From Prasinococcaceae sp. CCMP 1430 (lineage: Eukaryota; Plantae; Prasinodermophyta), in NCBI GenBank assembly GCA_013416795.1, contig RQSC01000002.1, positions 59,442 through 123,441 of the forward strand: a stretch of 64,000 nt of DNA. The letters are read 5' to 3'. The notes beneath the pieces were generated by a model that saw only the letters and a program-made list of their open reading frames with translations, did no database searches and had not been told where the DNA came from. The first letter of the stretch is position 1; every line of letters begins with the position of its first letter. This document shows, one piece after another, positions 55,604 through 64,000 of the stretch. Made by a program: the position numbers and the translations under genes.

Positions 55604-56280
55604 ATGGTGCGCACCCCCCCTTCCCCCCCCGCCCCTCGCGTCGCCTTTCCCGCCCATCTCTCTCTCAGTGTGTGTGTGTGTGTGTGATTGAGTGCGTGTT
55701 GGGGAGCGTGAGGGGCGCCAGGGGCCGCAGCGGGTGCTGCGAATTGCTGCTGGCGCGCCCACCGGACTCCCCGAGGGGGGCGGCGGGCGGGGCCATCCCG
55801 TGTGGCGCTGCACCCGCGCGCGTGCGCCGCGCGGCGAGGCGCTGCCGTGCTGACCCGGCGCCTGCTTGCGTCGCTGCGGCCGCGCACCACCGGGAATGCT
55901 CGGCGCAGACCAAGTCCAAGCGCTGCATGGCCGCGAAGAACGACCGCTTCGCGGCAAACATCCTCAAGCGCGGGGAGGTGCCCGCGAGCTTGTCGGCGGT
56001 GCGTGCGCGCTGGTAGGGACCGCGCCGAGACGACCGCGGCCTATTCGGGCGTGCGCGCGCGTGGTGGCGCTGCGCGAGCCGAGACTTTCCGCGCAGCTGA
56101 CCGCCGCGCCGCAATTTGTTGCCTGTGTCTGCTCCTGCGCCGCGCTCCGAGTAGAAGAAGCAGTCGCCTTTCACAGTGGGCCCGGTGCTGCTGGCGTTCT
56201 TCCTGTTCGTCGTCGTGGGATCGTCTCTGTTGCAGATCATCCGCACGGCCACGAGCGGCGGCATTGCTTCCGAGATGTAA
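55604..56280 (+). CDS. RAMP4: Ribosome-associated membrane protein RAMP4/SERP1 (72 aa)
   Basis: Exons 55604-55606 (ATG only), 55909-55998 and 56155-56280 give MTKSKRCMAAKNDRFAANILKRGEVPASLSAKKQSPFTVGPVLLAFFLFVVVGSSLLQIIRTATSGGIASEM. Not visible as a single ORF in the track. Confidence 0.9.
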
Positions 56281-56589
56281 GCGCGGGCTCACGCAAGCCT
56301 CTCTCGCGCCCGCGCGCGAGGAGGGAAGGAAGCACCCCTTGCTCCTCCGGAGCTGTACCACTACAGACTTCCTCTGCCATCGGCGCACCGCGCACACGCT
56401 TGTCACCATAGCCACCACAGTAACTAAGACGAGCCGTCCGGCGAGGATTGACAAGGCGGAGCCAGCGCACGATGGCGGGGCCAGCGCGCGATGGCGCGCC
56501 CGCGTCGCCGGGGGTCCAGCGCGGCGGACGTTGCTGCAAATCGACTCTTGACTCAGACTGACTGGTTGGGGAAATTACACGCTACGCAC

Positions 56590-57845
56590 CTAGCGCACCT
56601 CGACGCACTCGACGTCGAAGATGAGCGTGGCATTGCCCGGGATGGTGGGCGGGGCCCCCTTCGCCCCGTAGCCGAGTTTGGGCGGCACAGTGAGGCGCCT
56701 CTTCTCGCCGACCTTCATGCCCTGCACGCCCGCGTCCCAGCCCTTGATCACCTCGCCCACGCCCAGCCTGAAGGTAAAGGTGCGCTTGCCGCTGGCGTCA
56801 AATTGCTTGCCGTTGGTAAGCTTGCCGACATAGCGCATGCCGACGCGCCGGCCGGCGGTCGCTACCTTGCCGTTTGGCTTGCCTGCCTTGAGGTATTTGA
56901 TCTCGAGGCCCGACTCGAAGCGGCGCGTGCGAACGCCAGCCTCCTCGGGCGCCTCGGCTGCCGCCTTGCCCTTCTTGGCCGCAGGCTCAGCCGCGGTAGC
57001 CTCCGACGCCGCGCGCTTCTTGGCGGCCTTCTTCTCCTTCTCTGCAGCCGCCTTTGCCTCCTTCTCCGCCTGCGCCTTCTTGGCCTTCTTCGCCTTGGCC
57101 TCCTTGGCCTCCATCTCGGCCGCCGCCGCCTCCATGGCCTTCCGCACCTCGTCTTCGTCGGGCTCTTCGTCGTCGTCCTCGTCATCCTCCTCGTCCTCCT
57201 ACGAGGCGACGAGTGCGGACCGGTGGCGTGCACACAGCGAGCCGCACGCGCGAGCAGTGGTGTCAGCAAGTCGCACACACGCGGTGCGTAGAGCAGCGCA
57301 CCAACAAGCGCACGTCGCCGTCGCCGTCGCCACGCACGCACCTCATCGATCTCCTCAATCTTCACGCCGCTGGCAGGCTTAGGCTCGTCGTCCTCCGAGT
57401 CATAGTCGTCACCGTCGTAGTCGTCCTCCGAGTCGTCGCCGTCGCCTTCGTCATCGTCGCCGTCGAAGAAGCCCCACGGCGACACGAGGCCCGCCTCGTC
57501 GTCGGAGTCGTCCTCGTCTTCCGAGTCAGTGTCGAACTCGTCGGAGTCGATGTCCTCGTCGTCGGGAAGCATGTAGCCGCTGATATGGACGGTTCCCTTC
57601 CCCTTGACGCTGAACGTGGCCTCGTTCTGCAGCATGATGTCCAGTGACGCGTTCTCGCTGGCGCCGACGGTGAGCACGCACAGGTTGGCGCTCGTGCCCT
57701 CGCTCTCGCATACCAGAGCGACGCGGGCACCCACCTTTGCATCGACGTCGCACGACGCCTGCGAGACATGCAGGATCACGGGCTCGCCCGGCGGCGGCGT
57801 GTACGTGTACGGCTTGCCCGGCGCGACCGCCGCACCCCAGAACAT
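56590..57845 (-). CDS. Nucleoplasmin-like + acidic + FKBP PPIase histone chaperone (FKBP53/Fpr3-4 type)
   Basis: Exons 57845-57342 and 57198-56590. MFWGAAVAPGKP..LHVSQAS...GKGTVHISGY, an acidic tract, then RYVGKLTNGKQFD...GEVIKGWDAGVQGMKVGEKRRLTVPPKLGYG...IPGNATLIFDVE. Confidence 0.92.
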
Positions 57846-58253
57846 GGCTGCCGCCGCGCTCACTGCCGAACCCGCCACTGCCGCCGCCGCCGCCCACCCC
57901 GCACGGGCGCTGCAGCCGTCCTCCCCCCCCCTAACACGCACACCTTCCCCGAGGACGCCGTGTGGCGTGGACCTGCCGTGATAGCCCACGCATTCCCCTC
58001 ACCCCCCCCTCTTCATCCCCCCCTCCGCCCCCACCCGTACATCTGCCCCGCAGGCGCGCAGCCGCTGCGCGGGAGCGAGCGTGCGCGCGCGCGCGCGCGC
58101 GTGCGTACACAGGTGCGCGCGCGCGAGCGAGCGCCACACGCGAGCGTACGCAAACGCGCACATTTGCGAAGACTCGCAAGAGCTCGTGCTGACGCGCACG
58201 CACGCGCGCACGCACACACACACACACACACACACACATGCGCGGGCGCGCAG

Positions 58254-58702
58254 GCACGCACGGGGGACGGCGCAGAGGGCGCAGCGTTCCTCATGGACGG
58301 CGGCGCCATCAACGTGGGCAGCGGCTGCGCGCGCTCCGTGCTGAGCCTCGCGCGCGCCATCGCGGGTGCGGGCGACGCGGGGGACGACGCGGGGGCCATC
58401 AAGGTATGCGCGTGCGTGCGCGTGTGTGTGCTGGTGCGCGTCTGTCGCCTTGGTCACCTCCGTCCGGACCGGCGCGTGCGTGCGTATGTGAATTTGGCAG
58501 CCATTGACACGCGCAAGTACGCACACACGCACACACACACGCGCGCACGCAGGTCGAGCACGCCCCCCCTCGCGCGCTCGACCTCAACGCGACGTGCGCG
58601 GACACGTGCGCCGCGCGCGCGCGCCTCGGCTGGGCGCCGGCGGTCGACTTCGACGCCGCGCTCGCCGAGGACGCGAGGCGCGCGGGCGTGCCGGGCTTCT
58701 AG
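58254..58702 (+). pseudogene. 3' fragment (last two exons) of an NAD-dependent epimerase/dehydratase
   Basis: Exons 58254-58403 and 58553-58702: AINVGSGCARSVLSLARAI...|VEHAPPRALDLNATCADTCAARARLGWAPAVDFDAALAE*. There is no room upstream for the Rossmann-fold N-terminus. Confidence 0.65.
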
Positions 58703-59176
58703 CGCGCATGTGCGTGCGTGCGTGCGTGCATGTGCGCGCCGTGCGCGCGTGTGTGCACCTGCGCCTGCGCCTGTGCGCTGTGTACCAATAAGAATGTATC
58801 ACTCACACGCTCTGCTTGAAGCGCGAGACGTGTGAGAGCCGCGGCGCGCCCCTGCCGAGCTGCCGCGCGGCGGCCGCGCCGGCGGCTGCTTCGGCGGCTG
58901 CCGCTGCGCGCAGCACGCGCACGACGCAGCCATCACTTTCCATCTGACGACGCACCCACACGATACCATGAGAAAGACCAGTCTACAGCAAGCTGATGAC
59001 TACTAGAGAAACCCTAAAATAAAATGACCGAAACACTGTTGGGTGGCGGTTGCTTGTGCCTCGTGCGCTTGTGCACTGGATCGCCCCAAACTCGGTTGTT
59101 GCGCGCTGTGTACCCGCTGTGTACCCGAGGTGAAGTGAGCGTCGGGGTGTCCACGCGTGGCCACGCCGCAGGATAT

Positions 59177-62100
59177 TTACAACAGGGCGCCGATGACTGG
59201 CGCGGCAGCGGCGGCGGCGCAGACGGCGGCGGCGTCGAACACGCCCGTCGCCGCGCCGTACGTCGCCCAGAGGACGCTGGCGCCCTCGGGGGACGACATG
59301 ACCGCCTTGAGCTCGAGCTCCTTGCGCGTGACCGCCGACAGGTTGGCAGCCCCACCGGGTGCCTCGAGGCGCGACTTGAGTTGCTCGGGATCGGCGTCGG
59401 GGCACGACTCACGCAGCAGACTGTAGATCACAGCGCGCCACTCGAGGTGACCGGTCGCGCACGGGTCGAAAGCACGCACCGCGGCGAGCGTAGTCGCTTG
59501 CGAAGCCGTCGCCCAGCGTTCGGGCAGCCCGCCTGAGGCCGCCAACCGCCGCAGGATCTCGGCACACTCGGTTACCTTCATGGTGGACGAGCCGCCCGAC
59601 GACTGCGTGAGCGCGGCCACCACCCGCTCGACCTGAGCAAACGACGGGGCCCCGTCGGGTACCGCGCGAGGCGGCGGGGGCGGCGGAGGCGGTCCGAATG
59701 TCGGCGGCATAGCAAGCAGCTGCTCTGATATGATCAGGTCCTCGCCCTCCAGGCGCAGATCGTGAGGCAGCGGCGTCTCCGCCTCGACAGCCCGCCTCAC
59801 TGTGTCGGCGAGCGCCGCCACAGCGCTACACTCGCCCGCATGACGCGCTGCTAGCCACTCAGCCAGGCGTTCGTGCGCGTTTGACGCGATCTCGTCCAGC
59901 TCCGCGAAGTACGCGCAGGCGCGTGCCCCGATCCGCTCGGCGCGCGCTGCCGTCGCCGACGCCTCACGGCGCAGCGTTGGGGCCATCACCGTCGACGGGC
60001 TCGGCCCCTCAGCTCCCTCATCATGGGCCGGGGTAGCATCCTCGTCCTGGGCGGCAGTCTCTGTGCTGCCCACCGCCTCCGCCAGCGCCACGAGCTTCGC
60101 AAGAGCGCTGGCAAGGGCGGGAGCCTTCTCGGCCACGGCCGCCAGCCACTCGGGAGGGCTTTCGGCCATCGCGGTGGCCGCGTCGGTAACATCAGGTGGG
60201 GAGAAGCCCTCCTGCGCAACTGGTGTGCCACACGAATTCATCGCATAGTCAACGACGATCGCCGCCGATCCGCTGACGCGATCAGTCTCGATATCAGCGA
60301 GGGCGCAGAAAAGCGCCGAGAGCGAGTCCCGGTGATCGGCTATGAAGGGGTCGGCAATAATCGACTCGCGCTCCGCGTCGGCTTCCTCGCGGCGGTCATC
60401 GCACATATCCCACAACCTGTCGCGCAGCTCGTCTGCACGCAGCTGAAGCTCCTCCTTGGCCTCGACGTTGCGGCGAAGGTCGGCGTCCACGGCATTAAAT
60501 GCGCTATGGAACTCGCTCACCGCGCGCATCTTGTCGTCAGGCCGCTGCAGGAACGCGACAAAATGCTTTTTTGTCGCGACGAAATGACGCATGCAAATCA
60601 TGCGCTCCGCGCGCAGCTGCCGCGCCACGCGCCGCAAGCCCTCGAGGTAAGTCGCCTCGAGCTCCTCCCACTGCGAGCCCAAAATCTCAGCGAAGGCCGG
60701 CTCGACATCGCCCGCCTCCACGGCGGCGTCTGATGCCGCCACCTCCTGGACGGGACCAGCTGCTTCCTCCGCGGCAGCATCCGCGGCGTCGACCTCGGCT
60801 TGGTCTGTGGCCTGCCCATCTGATGCAGCCTCCTCGGTCGTCTCGGTCCCCGCATCCTCCTCCGCAGCCTCGCCCTCGGCTTCATCGTCAGGCTTGCCCT
60901 CGGCATCCTTCAAAGCCGCGGCCGCGGCGCCCCTCGACGCCAGCGCGGCCTCAGCGGCAGCGCGTGCCTCGGCGGCGGTTGATGCAGCGGCCTCGGCCGC
61001 TGCCTGCGCGGCCTCAGCCTCGGAGGATCCGCTCGCCTGGTGAGCGAGCACTGCGGCCTCCTCGGCCTTCGCCTGTGTTTCCGAGGCCGCCGCAGCCGCC
61101 TCCTCAGCCTTCTCCGTGCACTCCCTGGCGCGCGTCTGCACATCGATGAGCGTCTTGGCAGCCTCCTCCGCGGCCTCCTTGGCGACGAGCTGTGCCGCCT
61201 CGCTGCTCTCACCGCCCTCTTGGTCCTCGACCGCGGCGGCTGCTTCGACCTCCGCGCGCTTGGTTGCGATGAGCAGCTTGGCAGCCTCGGCTGCAAGCGT
61301 GCTCGCCTCAGCGGCTGCCTCGCCAGCAGCGCGAGCATCCTCCGCGCTCTTGGCCGCTGCTTCTGCCGCCGCCTCTGCACCCTGCGCTGCCGCCTTTGCG
61401 GTGAGGATACCGCCAATGACCTCGTCGACCTTCTCGATGCCCACACTGATGCCTTCGTTGGTGCTCACCTGCCTCTTTACGCGCAATTTGTCAAGCCAGG
61501 CCTCGAGCGGCTCGAGTGTGGACAGACTCGCCTCGATGCGCGCCTGCACTTGCATGGCGTCGTTCGACGCGCCAGGGGCCTCAACAAGGCGCTCGAGCAG
61601 ACCCGTGTCGTCATCCTCAGGCGGGGGATCGTACTCGAGGTGGTAGGTCTTCCCCGTCTCGGGATCGAGACGGCCACCCAGCGCTCGCCGGAGCGCGACA
61701 GACTCGTCAGATACGCTCAGAAAGATCACCGCGTCGAGCCCGCTCACGAGCGTCCGGTCCTCGTCGGGAACACTCCGCGCGCCAGGAGGCGCGATCACAC
61801 TCTGCCTGCTGCGCATGGTTGCCTCTTCCTCGAGGTCGAGGTTGGTGAGCGCCTTCTCGAGCAGAACTGCCTGCGCCTCCGTGCGTGGAAAGTCCGACAA
61901 GACGAAGCCCTGCGGTACACTGCCGTCGGGGCTGGCCTTGGCCACATCGGCCATGGCTTCGACTACCAGGCCGACAACCACCATGTCACTTGCCTCCTCG
62001 CCGCGCAGCAGCGCCTCCTCCACCTGACCACCGAGTTCAACGACGGTAGCGGACGCCCCTGCCTCACCCGTGGCCTCGTCGTCGACGTCGTCCTCATCAT

Positions 62101-64000
62101 CCTCGTTAGCCGTCGCTGCGCCCTTTGCTGCCCTCGCCGCCTCCATGGCCTTGGCGACGAGCTGCTGAGGCTCGATCAGCACCATATTATTCTTCTCGGC
62201 AACAACTTTGCCAATTAGCTCGGCGCCAGCGAAGGGCGCACCCGTGACGGCGACCCTGCAGCGCAGCGAGCTCAGGTCAGGCACGGGAAGCTTGGGCGCT
62301 GGCGGCGCGATTGCCAACTTGAGATTGTACACGATGTCACCAAGCGGATCATTCTCGGGCACACCCGCGGGCCATTCCCACTCGCCACGCGATGACAGGT
62401 AGTCACAGACGGCCGCCTCGTCAAGTGTGGTCGCGACCAATTCGCTCTCGTCGCTCTCAGACAGCTCGACCGCCTGCGCGGGCGAGGCGCCCTCCTCCTT
62501 AACGAGCGGCGCAGCGGTCTCGAGCTCACCCGATAAGAACAGGGCCTTCCACTCGCGCCACTCTTTGCGCGGTACCAGCGCGTCCGTGCGCGCACGATAC
62601 TCTGCCGCGCGCTCAGCGAGCCCAGCCATCTGGCTGATGAGGTCCGTGCACATGCCAAGGACGGCCTGTTTGTCTGCTTGTCTGCGCTCCTCGGCCTCGG
62701 CTGCGAGACGCGCGGCCTCGTCCCTTGCCGCTGCTTCGAAAGCCTCCCTGTCGGCGCGACCAGCGGCGCGGTTTCGCTCGAGGGACTCCTCCAAGTCGCG
62801 CGCGCGGCGCTCAGCATACTGGCTCTCGCGGAACGCGCGGTTCTCACGCATCACCTCTTTCTCCTGCCTGAGCTGCCACAGCTCAGCTGCGAGGCGCTGC
62901 TCCTCAGCTGCGCCCGTGCGCAGGCTGTCGAGTAACTCGGCCTCGCGGCGGTGCTCCTCCATTGACGCCTGCGCAGCGCTCTCCTCCAGCACGGCCTTGC
63001 GGCGGCGGCGCTCGCGCTCCTTTCGCGCGGCCGTCTCCTCTGCGCGCTTTCCACGCATGCGGCCGAGGTACTCCATGCCCTCCTCACGCATGCGGCGAGC
63101 GTCGGGCAGCTTCGTCTTGATGTTCTGCAGGTGTTCGAGCGGTGTGATGTTTGAGTAGGTGGGCATGGTCTCCGCTTCGGTGCTGGCCAACGCGCCAGCG
63201 CTCGCCGTAGCATTTGCCCTCGACGACGGGAACTTGGGCCCATCGGCCACCGAGCGGAGGTTGCGCTCGAACTCAGCAATGCCATCTGCAAGCTCGACCG
63301 TCGCGTTGTACCTGGCCGCCTGCTTCTTCCTCTGCTTGCGCTCGCGCATTGCAAGCTCAATGCGCAGTTCGTCGCGCTCGAACTCGCGCTGGCGATCGCG
63401 GATAGCGAGGTGAGCCGCCAAATCGCGTTCCTTGCGCGCCTCGAGCTGCTCGCGGCGCTGGAGCGTTGCGGCGCGCATCTGGCTGTGCCGCGTGCGTGCG
63501 ATCATGTCTCTCGTGTCGAGCTCCTCCCGCCTGCTTGCCAACTTCTCGGCCTCCAAGTGTGCGGCCGTCTCAGAGAATTTTTGCAGCCTGAAGGCCATGT
63601 CCAGTTGGCTGGGGTTCTGCGCACGCGTCTTGAGCGTATCCTCAAAGACCTTCGAGATCACCGCGTCGTAGCGCTTGCGCTCGCCCTTGGCCTGGCGCGC
63701 CTCGAGCAAGCCGAGGCTTGGCTTGGTGCTCACGCCTAGCGTGCGACTGAGGTACGAGCCGCTCTCGTTGTTCGTGCCAAGCTCCTGGCGCAGCGTGTCG
63801 AGCCGCACTTTGATTTGGTACAGGAGTTCCGCAGCCACGCCGTTGACGCCCGCCATAATTTGGTTGGCCGTTTGCGAGGTAAGCTCAATGCCCATGCGCC
63901 CCAGCGTCTGTTGCAGACGCGAAAAGTTCGCGACCATGGCCTCAGGCGTGTGCTTCTGCTGAAACTCGTGGAAGTCAGGCTGCATTCCACAGCGCGACAA
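59177..64000 (-). CDS. SPEF2: SPEF2/CPC1-like central-pair flagellar protein, 5'-partial
   Basis: End of a CH-like domain (NFSRLQQTLGRMGI..AAELLYQI), coiled coils (ARKERERRRRK), and an adenylate-kinase-like region (GAPFAG, GFVLSDFPRTEAQA..LEKAL, RRALGGRLDPETGKTYHLEYDPPP). Confidence 0.85.
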   Translation of the reverse strand: MSRCGMQPDFHEFQQKHTPEAMVANFSRLQQTLGRMGIELTSQTANQIMAGVNGVAAELLYQIKVRLDTLRQELGTNNESGSYLSRTLGVSTKPSLGLLEARQAKGERKRYDAVISKVFEDTLKTRAQNPSQLDMAFRLQKFSETAAHLEAEKLASRREELDTRDMIARTRHSQMRAATLQRREQLEARKERDLAAHLAIRDRQREFERDELRIELAMRERKQRKKQAARYNATVELADGIAEFERNLRSVADGPKFPSSRANATASAGALASTEAETMPTYSNITPLEHLQNIKTKLPDARRMREEGMEYLGRMRGKRAEETAARKERERRRRKAVLEESAAQASMEEHRREAELLDSLRTGAAEEQRLAAELWQLRQEKEVMRENRAFRESQYAERRARDLEESLERNRAAGRADREAFEAAARDEAARLAAEAEERRQADKQAVLGMCTDLISQMAGLAERAAEYRARTDALVPRKEWREWKALFLSGELETAAPLVKEEGASPAQAVELSESDESELVATTLDEAAVCDYLSSRGEWEWPAGVPENDPLGDIVYNLKLAIAPPAPKLPVPDLSSLRCRVAVTGAPFAGAELIGKVVAEKNNMVLIEPQQLVAKAMEAARAAKGAATANEDDEDDVDDEATGEAGASATVVELGGQVEEALLRGEEASDMVVVGLVVEAMADVAKASPDGSVPQGFVLSDFPRTEAQAVLLEKALTNLDLEEEATMRSRQSVIAPPGARSVPDEDRTLVSGLDAVIFLSVSDESVALRRALGGRLDPETGKTYHLEYDPPPEDDDTGLLERLVEAPGASNDAMQVQARIEASLSTLEPLEAWLDKLRVKRQVSTNEGISVGIEKVDEVIGGILTAKAAAQGAEAAAEAAAKSAEDARAAGEAAAEASTLAAEAAKLLIATKRAEVEAAAAVEDQEGGESSEAAQLVAKEAAEEAAKTLIDVQTRARECTEKAEEAAAAASETQAKAEEAAVLAHQASGSSEAEAAQAAAEAAASTAAEARAAAEAALASRGAAAAALKDAEGKPDDEAEGEAAEEDAGTETTEEAASDGQATDQAEVDAADAAAEEAAGPVQEVAASDAAVEAGDVEPAFAEILGSQWEELEATYLEGLRRVARQLRAERMICMRHFVATKKHFVAFLQRPDDKMRAVSEFHSAFNAVDADLRRNVEAKEELQLRADELRDRLWDMCDDRREEADAERESIIADPFIADHRDSLSALFCALADIETDRVSGSAAIVVDYAMNSCGTPVAQEGFSPPDVTDAATAMAESPPEWLAAVAEKAPALASALAKLVALAEAVGSTETAAQDEDATPAHDEGAEGPSPSTVMAPTLRREASATAARAERIGARACAYFAELDEIASNAHERLAEWLAARHAGECSAVAALADTVRRAVEAETPLPHDLRLEGEDLIISEQLLAMPPTFGPPPPPPPPRAVPDGAPSFAQVERVVAALTQSSGGSSTMKVTECAEILRRLAASGGLPERWATASQATTLAAVRAFDPCATGHLEWRAVIYSLLRESCPDADPEQLKSRLEAPGGAANLSAVTRKELELKAVMSSPEGASVLWATYGAATGVFDAAAVCAAAAAAPVIGALL

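Overview
GC-rich eukaryotic nuclear DNA, most consistent with a prasinophyte-grade green alga. Evidence: GTGCG/GTGAG...CTGAC...CAG spliceosomal introns, TGTAA poly(A)-type motifs, plant-type CDPK, ACD11, FKBP53-like and SF1+RRM genes, and the cilium genes CLUAP1, CFAP298 and SPEF2. About 25 genes are packed mostly as divergent/convergent pairs, and there are two N gaps. The first ~7.4 kb is a distinct compartment where introns are built from a 5' (TG)n arm, a central CTGAC and a 3' (CA)n arm. It holds a two-RRM gene and a 10-exon gene that splices into a BED zinc finger + poly-Gly linker + PRPP synthetase. After it come a tandem duplication around a MATH-domain gene, a fused pyruvate dehydrogenase E1 alpha/beta, CLUAP1, MIS12, AMBRA1-like WD40, copine, ACD11, SF1 overlapping MPP10, CFAP298 exon 1, a START protein, ABCC, CDPK, SEC61A, a seryl-tRNA synthetase with a C-terminal GST-like domain, cardiolipin synthase, NOT3, TRAP-beta, RAMP4, FKBP53-like, an orphan epimerase 3' fragment and SPEF2. 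The best novelty candidates are the BED-PRPS fusion, the SerRS-GST fusion, the self-complementary TG/CA introns, the SF1/MPP10 overlap and the translocon gene cluster. Family calls come from motif recognition only; no database search was run.
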